64,000 bases of DNA from the human T2T-CHM13v2.0 reference genome, Homo sapiens. Each line of letters starts with the position of its first letter. Position 1 is the first letter of the stretch. The position numbers were made by a program, and so were the translations under genes. Under the pieces are notes generated by a model. It did no database searches. It saw nothing but the letters and a program-made list of their open reading frames with translations, and was not told the DNA's origin. This document shows, one piece after another, positions 1 through 10,389 of this stretch. The stretch lies in NCBI RefSeq assembly GCF_009914755.1, contig NC_060925.1; one strand, written 5' to 3'.

Positions 1-829
1 GGAGAATAGGAGGAAGAGAGAAATAGAGATGGAGACAGAGAGAGCGGGGAATGGGATGTGGAAAAGGAAAGGGGGATGAACACTGACTGAGTCCCTACTG
101 TGACCACCCTACATTCTAGTGGAGGCACAGCTGGGGGATCTGCAGTAGACCCCAAAGCTGCCCTCTTCATGCTCAAAATAGCTTTACAGATACTTGCTTT
201 GTCTTTAAAATGAATGCAAATTTTACCTTCTAGTCTAGAGTAAATCTGTCTTCTCTAACATAAAAATAAGGGACTTTCCTCCAAATCTCTGAGTAGGCCT
301 GTGGCTTCCCGGGCACCCTCTTCGTCAGCACAAGTTCTGTATCCCCAAGGTGCACGCACCTCAGTGTGAGAAGCAGGGACATTCAATTCACACAGCACCC
401 TTCAAAGCAGGCACTGACCCCATTTTGTGGAGGTGGGCACCAAGGCTCGGGAAAGCCTAAGCACCTGCCCAAGGCCATGTGGCCGGTAAAGGTCAGAACT
501 GAATTCCAAAGCTCATGTCCTTCAACAGTTCACAATGTTGGCTCTCTTTGAAACAGAAAATAGAACTACCGGGCCCACAAACAGACAGAGACAGCAGGAG
601 AGATGGAAACAAAGAGGGAGATTTAAAAAAGGAAGAGGCAGGTGCAGGAGCACACCAGAAGATGGAGAAGCGGGGAAAGAGAGACAAAGAGAAAGACAGG
701 ATGCAAGAAGGCAGGATAGAGATGTTACATCACACTGGACGACAGCAGACTCTTGGAGAGGGCAGGGTGGGTGTGGGCTGGCAGCCTGGCACTGGCCTGT
801 TCACTTGAACTGCCCTTCCTTCCTCCTCA

Positions 830-1252
<423 letters not shown>

Positions 1253-1811
1253 TTAAGGCCTGATTGGGAGTCCCAGCCTACAGATGGCTGGACATAGCCC
1301 CTGCCCTCAGGAGCCCCCATTCTCAGTGTGACACAGCCCCTGGTCTCAGGAGTCCCTGGTTTGGGGAAGGACCAGGCTAGTGCCTGTAGGCCAACACACA
1401 GCTTAGATACAGCCCAGAGCCCACTCACTGAAGGGGCAGGATTCAGGTGGACAGAACTCCACACCTCTGTGCTGGAGGCTATGAAGAGGTCAGTGGAGAA
1501 GAAGAGGGAGAGGATTCCTGTTGGGAAAGGAGGAGTGCCTGGGGGTATGACCTAAGGCTTGCATATGGCTCTGGGATGGGAACATGGGCTCATCTAGCTG
1601 TGGCAGCAGAAGAGTCCTGGAGTCCAGGGACGCAGAGCTCCAAGAGCTGCAAAGAGGTTGGGGTTCCTCTTCTCCCAATCTCCCTTCCCCTTCTGTAATA
1701 GCTTATAGTTTCCCCTCTTCCACAAAGCCCTCTTGGAATGCCTGAAGGGAGTAGAGGCAGAGGCCTGCTCCCTGCCCTCACCCACTTCGTACGGCTCTAG
1801 GACTTCCCTAC

Positions 1812-1865
1812 CTGTCGGTTCCGCTCGTCGGTGATTCGCTGGATCTGAATCTTTTTCCTCCCCAT
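1812..1865 (-). CDS. MEF2D: MEF2D exon 2 coding part (MGRKKIQIQRITDERNRQ)
   Basis: ATG at 1865-1863 in AAGATGG context, 54 nt, donor CAG|gtaggg; joins exon 3 in frame. Confidence 0.98.
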
Positions 1866-2003
1866 CTTCTCCGGGGGTCCTCAGTGCTACGGAGGGGAGG
1901 GGCTCGCTGGGTGGTGGGTCTCGGCACACCTTACACTGTGCTCATGAACGGTCTGGGAACAGTGCTCAGTTCATGGTCTGCAGGATACCTTCTGCACAGC
2001 CTC
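1866..2003 (-). other. MEF2D: MEF2D exon 2 5'UTR part (138 nt), contains two uORFs
   Basis: Pyrimidine-rich acceptor ccctccctttccag ends at 2004. uORFs at 1974-1966 and 1945-1931. Confidence 0.88.
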
Positions 2004-2672
2004 CTGGAAAGGGAGGGTCATGAGAGGACTCTGAGCCCCCAAAACCCCCAGCCCTGCTCCCTGGGCACACAGGCCAGACTCACAGCGCCCCTGTGAGAGG
2101 CTGGCAGCATCTGAGCTCCACCCTCAACATGAGGCAATGCTGTCTGCCTGAGGCAATGGTATGCCACAGCCAGGCACAAGCTGGAGCTCACACCAAGGCC
2201 CAGACTCTTTCCCCTCGGTCATTGCTGTCCTCAGGCTCCAGGACAGAGTAAATGGACCTCCTGGCTTCCAAGGTCTGGGTCTCAGAGAATATCCCATGGC
2301 CCATTCTTCTCTCTAGAACCTGCTTGTACTATAGACACCTGGGTGCTCCAGCTGCTCCTCTGGCCTAGAACTATGGTTCCCATTCTGAAGCTTGGAGAAG
2401 AGACAACGCTGAGAGGACATCTGCCCAGTCAGTGAACAACAAGCATGGTATACCTGGTGCCAGGATGGGATGTCTCTGGTGCCCCTGGCTCAAGAACATA
2501 CCAGAGCAGGTCTAGAGCAGTGGGCCTCATACCGACTCATGGAACTCTGGGGCCTGGAGTCCTGTAGTGGGGCTTGGGGTTGTAGCACCCACATCTCCCT
2601 TCAACTAGAGTTCCTCCACACTAATCTGTTTTACTCAGTGAGCTTAAGCCTAAGGTTTCTTTTTATTTTTAT

Positions 2673-2783
2673 AAGCCTAGTCAAGTGCAGTAGTGAGAAG
2701 AGAAGAAAGAGTAGAACAAGGAGTTCGATCTGTAACTGACTGTGAACAATCAATTGAGCTAACTCACTACCTTTGGACATGCC
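2673..2783 (-). pseudogene. Y1 RNA (RNY1-like) retropseudogene
   Basis: Reverse complement reads GGCATGTCCAAAGGTAGTGAGTTAGCTCAATTGATTGTTCACAGTCAGTTACAGATCGAACTCCTTGTTCTACTCTTTC...CACTACTGCACTTGACTAG, matching hY1 as recalled. A-rich tail at ~2659-2672; TSD agcctaag(g/a)ttt at 2647-2658 and 2785-2796. Confidence 0.93.
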
Positions 2784-2848
2784 CAGCCTAAGATTTTTGT
2801 TTGAGGAAAGAGTTGTGCTGCTTAAAACAATGAAACCATTCCTCTAGA

Positions 2849-3069
2849 CCAGGAGATGGAAATTTTTGGGCCAGATAGTAATATTTCAGGCTTTGCAGAC
2901 CATACAGTCTCTGTTGTAACTACTCAACTCTGTCACTGTACCATGAAAGCAACAGACAGCAACACATAAACGAATGAGTGTAAGCATGGCTGTGATCCAA
3001 TACAACTATATTTACAAAAATGGGCATGGGCCAGATTTGGTCCACGGGCCATAGTTTGCTGATTCCTGC
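2849..3069. mobile_element. MER58A-like hAT-Charlie DNA transposon (MITE)
   Basis: Contains gggccagatagtaatatttcaggctttg...actactcaactctg...ccatagtttgc, typical of MER58; ctag-centred 8-bp flanks. Confidence 0.7.
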
Positions 3070-4094
3070 CCTAGAGGTATGGACCACATCTAGAACCCAA
3101 GCTCAGTCTAAGAGTAGTGCTTCCCAACCTTGTACATCTTGAAGCAGACAGAGAAAATACAGGGCCAAATGACATACACTGGGGAGGCCACTGGCAGCCA
3201 GGCGGATGCAGGCACCAGGCAGAGAACCTGCTGTCTCAGGACACCTGTAACCCCCTCACAGCCCACTAGTTGAACAGCTCCATGCTAAAGCCAGGATGAG
3301 AAACAGCCCCTGCACTGAACAACTCCAGGAGGCACCATAGGATAGGAGGGGGCTCAAGGATGGCAGCACAGCCTGGGCCAGAAAAGGCGCATTCTCTCCG
3401 GTATGGGCAGTGCCTACATAGGCTGGGTGAGTCCTTGGGGACTGGAAGGGCCCAAGATGGGACGGAGGCACGGAATGACTTCAGGGCCCCCTCTAGCTCT
3501 GATTCCAGGAGTCCTTGCATCAAAAGTGGAGCTTTCTGGAAGATGTTGGAAGAGGATAGTGAACTGGGGCCCATGCTTTCTAAAGCCACTCTATTTGGGT
3601 CCTGGGAGGAGCCTGGACCAGAGAAGGCCCGCCCTCCCCTCCAGAGCTCCCCTTCCATAGAGCCCCATGCCCAGAGACCCTACTGTAGAGTCTAGGGATG
3701 TAGACCCCCAGCCACTGTCTGATCCTCTGCACCCACTGCACACTACCTGGGGAGAGGTGTTTGATGACAGAGAACAACTCTTACCCCTACCCCCCAGCTC
3801 CCACTGCCAATGGCTGCTGAGTTTCCCTGGAGCCTTTCCAGCCCAACTCTACATGGCCCCTACGGTACCACAGTAGATGCTAAAGTTCAGCCTTGGTCTC
3901 TTGCTCATGAGGGAAGGAGGAGAGGGAAGGCAAGGAATCTATCAATTTGGGAGAAGCTGGGATACTGGCCCCATCCCATTACCAAGACTGCTCCCCAGCC
4001 TAGCTGGAGAGCTTCTGCTTTGCCTGGATATCTACAGAAAACAATGCAGATAAATGCATTGCGCTTCAAACGACTCCCTACCCTTCTCCTTCTT

Positions 4095-4897
<803 letters not shown>

Positions 4898-5688
4898 TAG
4901 AGCTACAGTGGTGTGGGCTTTGGCAGGGAAGGTAGGGGAGGGCACACAGAGGGCAAGGGGAGGGGGCTACAAATAGTTGGCTTTTTAAATGGGATTCTCT
5001 GGCCTAGTCTTGAAAACCCAATCTAGACTGTTAAATGCAGGAACTGCTGAGCTCCTCTGGCTTACAGCATCTACCTTCCTTCTCTCCCCTTTACTATCTC
5101 CCTCTCACCACCTTTAGTTCATAACCGAATTCTTGCAGAGATGTAACCTCTGTCAGCTGATGACCAATACTGCCTCTTCCTCCAAACTGGAAGAGAAGCC
5201 TCTCTTTGTTCTCATGACCCTCAGAAAAGTCATTCTTGCAGTCTTTCTAGCATTTATCACAATTGTGAATAACTATGATTCTGTGCTTCTATTTAACGCC
5301 TGGCTCCTCTATGAGACTAAAGTTTCATGAGGGCAGGAATCACATCTGTCTTTTTCACTACTCTATCTCCTATAAGAAGGGAGCTGAGAAAATGTCTGTT
5401 GAAAAGAAGAAAATACTATTTCATTGTTGTGGTGCTGTGAGAAGTCCTTCTTGCAGTCTAACCTCCAACAGTCTTGCTGCAGTACCAGTTCCTCTCACTC
5501 TATCCTCTATGGAGCTAGAACCCTTGCTCTCCCAACTGCCCCTGAAGATTTGGACACCACCTACCCTCCAACCACCCCTGGTATCCCAGTCCTCAACCCT
5601 CCCCACCCTCAGGTTGGTTGGTGCAGAGGGTGAGACTCTAAAGTCTTCTAAGGAGCAGCCCTGAGCACATGGAGATGGAGAGGATGGG

Positions 5689-5716
5689 GTTGCTTAGGCA
5701 ACTGTCGCCTGGCAAC
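5689..5716. promoter_or_regulatory. Tandem RFX X-box motifs
   Basis: GTTGCTTAGGCAAC (5689-5702) and GTCGCCTGGCAAC (5704-5716), each fitting GTNRCY-N(0-3)-RGYAAC. Motif evidence only. Confidence 0.5.
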
Positions 5717-6824
5717 CAGCTCCCTGGCTGATCTCCTACACCGCCCCCCCCACCCCCGCCTCATGCTGGGGGAGCTGGGACGAGAGAGGGATCAGGGCTG
5801 AGAAGGCAGGGAAGCAACAGAGATTCACTGAGCATCGTCTGACAGAGAGAAGTCAGGGTTAAAAAGACTAGGCCCCATCTATCCCCACTCCCTACCAAGG
5901 TAGCCCAAAGCACTTTTTATAATTCCATGCTTCCCAGGCCCCTTTCCCCACTGCTGCTCCCACTTCTGTGCCAACACTGCCAGAGGAGGAGATGCCCCTG
6001 TCTTAGGCAGTCCTTCCTCCCATCTAACCACAAACCCCTCTACAAAGCAGATGCAGTCTATACTGACCTTTTTTCCTTCTGCTATCCATTCCACATTGCT
6101 GCAGGGTCTTTGAAAGCCCTGAGGCAAGAACATGAACTCAACCCTGATTTTGGAAGAAGGGGTAGCTGGGGCCTAGGCAGGCACAAAATACCCTAACCTG
6201 ACCCTATCCAAGGTTTGGAGGCCTATCCTAGCTAAACTTCCCTCCTACCCAATTAGGGAGGTTTTAATGAACACCTGGACCTCCTTAATTAGCCCTCTGC
6301 CTAATTACCTAACCAACTGGCAGGAGCCAGAGGCCTGGGCATCTGTTCTCCAGATGTGAGTCTCTCCTCTCCAGCCTCACCTGGCCCCATTCTTCTCCTG
6401 TCTGGTCTACTCCTCCTCTAGGAAGCCCTCGCAGATGATCCGGCCCTTGGCTGCTTCTCTTCTAACCATCTCTCCTTCACCCTGCCTAGTATCTGGAGCC
6501 CAGGGCTTGGGAGGACTTGGGCTACCAAAGAGACAGGGGGTTGGCCAGGATGGCCTTCCTGTTCTGATGGCCCCAGGGCCTGCCCAATCCTGACCTCAGG
6601 CCACAACTATGACTCCTCGGGCTGACAGTATCTATGTCACCAAAAGTTCCCCTTCAAAGGCTCTCAAGGCTCTGGCTGATTGACTCTGATTCACCTGACT
6701 CCGTGGACAGGACAAGGGTGGGGCGGAGTGAACCTTGTGGGTGGCAGGGGGTTGGGACAGGCAGAGGCAGGGCCTTCCTGGTGGACATGGGAGAAGCAAA
6801 GATGGGCAGGACATTTGGCAATGC

Positions 6825-6936
6825 CCACCCATATCTGTTCCCATCCTAGTGGTCCCAAGGCTCAAAGAAACTACAGGGCATCTGCTTTCAAAGCTCCCAT
6901 ACCAGCACAGGTCAAAAGGGAGCAGATGCCCAGAGA
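6825..6936 (+). repeat. 112-bp local direct duplication, copy 1
   Basis: Identical to 7521-7632 at 109 of 112 positions, no gaps. Confidence 0.95.
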
Positions 6937-7520
6937 GGGAAACAGGCACAAACTCACCAACTGTGGAGAAGGGTGGCTGAGGAGAAGCCTTCACAAATGG
7001 ACAGCAGGGAGGATGCAGGGCAGGAGGCCCCTCTGACAACACCCTTGACAAAGAGAGCTGAGGGGACCAGGGGGAATCAAGAAGGACCCCACTGATAGCC
7101 ATTTTTCCAATCCCAGGTACCGACCCAATTAGAACTTGTGGGTTGTGTTTACATGCAAATGAGCTACACATGATGTGCAAAATGTACCGTAAAGGAGGAC
7201 TGGTTTGGAGGGGGCATGGGAGAAGAAACAGGTCCCTGCCTCCCCCAATGCAACACCTCTGGGTACCTGAGCAATATTCAAACCATTCTCGGGTTTCAGA
7301 ATGATGCTATCTCAGTTCCTGTGTGAAGGTGGCCTGGGGCCAGTGGGGAGAGCGGTGAAGGGGAGAGGTCAGGGTAGCCTCCTTGCAGCTGCAGCAGGGC
7401 TGAGCAGGGCTGTCCTTCCCATGGAGCTGCAGGGGAATTCCTTTCCGATAGCCAGCCTCTATCCTCTCTTTCTTGCTCTTGGCAGGGGAGTACCTACCTG
7501 TCCTTCTCCCCTACACCCTT

Positions 7521-7632
7521 CCACCCATATCTGTTCCCATCCTAGTGGTCCCAAGGCTCAAAGAAACTACAGGGCATCTGCTTCCAGAGCTCCCATACCA
7601 GCACAGGTCAAAAGGGAGTAGATGCCCAGAGA
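7521..7632 (+). repeat. 112-bp local direct duplication, copy 2
   Basis: Identical to 6825-6936 at 109 of 112 positions; offset 696 bp. Confidence 0.95.
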
Positions 7633-9044
7633 AGCTGAGTGAGCAGCCTCGCATCACAGAGCAGTGGGCCTCAACCTGCTCTTCCTCATGGTGAGAAAGG
7701 GAGCTCTCATTAGGCAGGCCCTTCATCTCTTCCTCCCAGGCTGCTCCGGGCTGCAGGCTGAGGACTGGAGGGGAAGGCAGGAGGCGCTGGAGACAGCTGT
7801 CATCCCTCCTCCCGCCCCTTCCCTGTGGCTGGGCTGCAGGGCATGAAATAAGCAGCAGGCGCTGGGGGAGGGGGTGACAATCCAATCCACCTGTCACCCC
7901 CACAGTCAGGCAGCCTCAAGCAGCCTGCTCACTAACGAGGGAGGAGGCGTGGGTGAGGCAGACACAGAAGAGGGTGGCAGAGGGGGGACAGACACACAGA
8001 CACAGGAAAGATGACAGAGAAAAAGAGGCAGCGAGGCCAGAAGGCATTATGGGGCAGAGGCAGAGACAGATAAGGAGAGGGCTAGAGGAGAGGGAGAGGC
8101 AGGAGACCACAGAGACAAAGATTCAGAGAGAAGCAGGTAGAGAACAAGAGACAGGTTCAACAACGGCTTCCAGGACTGACTCCTGGCCCAGCGCTGGGGG
8201 AATAACTCAACAGGACACCATCCCTGCCCTCTGAGAACTTGCAGTGCAGCCAAGAGACAGACAAGGGAGGGGCAGGTCCCACCCAGGGCAAGGGCAGGGA
8301 GAGGCAAGGGGGCTCTTGGGGGCCTGGACTGGACCCAGACACAGCCCCAGAAGGAGCATCCCAGAGCAGGCAGGCCGGCCCTGAGAGGCAGCAGAGGTGA
8401 GGACCGAGGACCAAGGACGACAGCTGCCCAGCTGAATCCCCAGGCCCTGCCTTATTACCCAGTCTACCCTCAGGTTCACAACCTTCCTAGTCATTCTCTC
8501 TTCCAACTTCAGCCCTGGGACCTCCTCCCTAGTACAGAGACACAGGCTAAGGAGCTCTGGGAGACAGGGCAGGAAGGTGAAGCCGGTGATGCCCCCAAAC
8601 ACCCAGGCAAGATGGTCCAGGATCATTCTGTGGTTCACACAGTGAGCTCTTCCTTCACAAAAGAAGTGGGGGGCATTACCCCTCCGAAGTCTGAGCCAAG
8701 GCAGGAGCCTCACATTGTCCCTCTCCCCATCCCACACACAGCCCAATTCTCACAACCCCTCCTGCGAGGCCTGCTCCCCACGCCCCTACTCCTGGGCCCC
8801 TCTCGGGTCTCCTTCTCATGCTCCGTTCCCTCTGCCCCCTCTCTGTCCCCGCCCCCTCCCACAGCAGCCTCTTTTCTTCACCCCAGAAGTGCTTCTAGGG
8901 TCTGATCTCAAAGGCAGAGACCCAGCCCCAACCCTTCAAAGTTCTGTCTGGCAGGCTCACTACCCAAATCCCTGGTTCCCACCGTCTTTCCCTCCCTCGG
9001 GGACTCCCCTCCCCCAGTCCAGCAGCCTCAGGGCTGGGCAGGGG

Positions 9045-9077
9045 CTATTTTTAGCCTGGGCACTGAGCTAATTTTAA
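9045..9077. promoter_or_regulatory. Two MEF2 consensus sites in MEF2D intron 1
   Basis: CTATTTTTAG (9045-9054, within GGCTATTTTTAGCC) and CTAATTTTAA (9068-9077); both fit YTA(W)4TAR in otherwise GC-rich DNA. Confidence 0.65.
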
Positions 9078-9082
9078 CTCAC

Positions 9083-9180
9083 CGACAGGGGACCTGGGGG
9101 CGGGCTGTTGGTTTGTGGGGGCAGGCAGTCCAGGAAAGCTGGGCCTAGGGCAGGGGTGGTCTCAGGCCCCAGGCACCCTA
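9083..9180 (-). other. MEF2D: Candidate alternative non-coding first exon of MEF2D (5' limit uncertain)
   Basis: Consensus donor TCG|GTGAGT (9082-9077), GC box, no upstream ATG, adjacent MEF2 sites. I recall an annotated MEF2D variant starting in intron 1 but cannot verify it here. Confidence 0.5.
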
Positions 9181-10247
9181 AGAACTCAAATGGGGGGCAG
9201 GCCCTGCAGTCTCAGCTTAAGGGACAGGAACCGACTTGCCAAGGGGAGCACACGGTATGGAGAGCAGGGCTGAGCCCTCCCCCTAGCTTCCGCTGGACAA
9301 CTCTCCCGAGCCCCACCCTAGCCTTCCCGCCCTCTTCTCCCTGGCAAGTCTCCTGGGATGGGGTCATCCTGTTCTCTGCCCAGGAGATGCCTCTCCAGTG
9401 AGGGTCTGTCTCCTGAGCCTCCTCCATGTCTTCCTCACCCCAGCTTGTTCTTCCTGTAGTCTAGCTCTCATCCTTCCTGTAGCAGCTGTGAGGCCATTTG
9501 GCTCTCTACAAGGCAGCAGCCTGTCCGCCAGGGTCCAGCACTTCCCACTGCAGCTCTGACCTTCCCCTTATGGCCTCTGGGCTGGCTCCTAGGTAACCAC
9601 CCCGCACCCCCACAAAACAAGCTCCTAGAGCTAGCCAGACTGTTCTCAGAAGTATTTGGGGGCAACAGGAGATTGAGTCCCAGTAGAGAAGGGATGGGTG
9701 AGGTAGGGCAATGAACAGCTTAGGGAAATATGGGGTCTCTAAGCTGGGATTCTGGATACCTGGGTTCTAGTCCCTGCTCTGGTCTAAGATGTGATCCTGA
9801 GTAAGTCACTGCCTTCTACAGGCTTCACCCCACTGGCCAGTATTATGGGTAGCTGGGTGGACTAGGTACCCAAATGCCCTTCTGGCCCAAACACATGGCT
9901 CCTGTGCTCTCTGGGGAGGCCCAAAGGGAAGGGAGATCAGAATTGTGTAAGTCACGGAGAGGAACTGAAGAGATGGCCTGGCTGGGTCTGTCATCCTCCT
10001 GCTGGGGAGGAAAGGCAATGAGGGCGCTAGAAGACAGTCAGGATGGGGCTGGTGAAGGGGCAGGTGCCTTCTAAACAGTAACCCCCCAACAGATGGCCAA
10101 GGGTTCACAAAGGCTCTGGTCAGCCAGAACAAGTACCAAGTGGGGCACACAAGGCCCTTGTGGCAGAGGCTCAGTCATCCCAATCCCCTCACACACTGGG
10201 AATGCCTATCAGACCCACCTGCTTGTGGTTACTGAGCAGCAACTAGC

Positions 10248-10389
10248 CCAAGGTCACTGTTTGGTCCCTGGTGGGACCAGCTCTAGAACCCAAGCCTAAG
10301 GCTGTCTTCATACTCCATCCCAGCAGGCCGAGCTGCAATGACTCACCACCACTCATTTGCATGAGGATTTGCATAGCGTCTCTGACCTT
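10248..10389. promoter_or_regulatory. Candidate intronic enhancer: AP-1, tandem octamers, ERR/NR5A half-sites
   Basis: CCAAGGTCA 10248-10256, TGACTCA 10339-10345, ATTTGCAT 10355-10362 and 10367-10374, TGACCTT 10383-10389. Confidence 0.45.
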
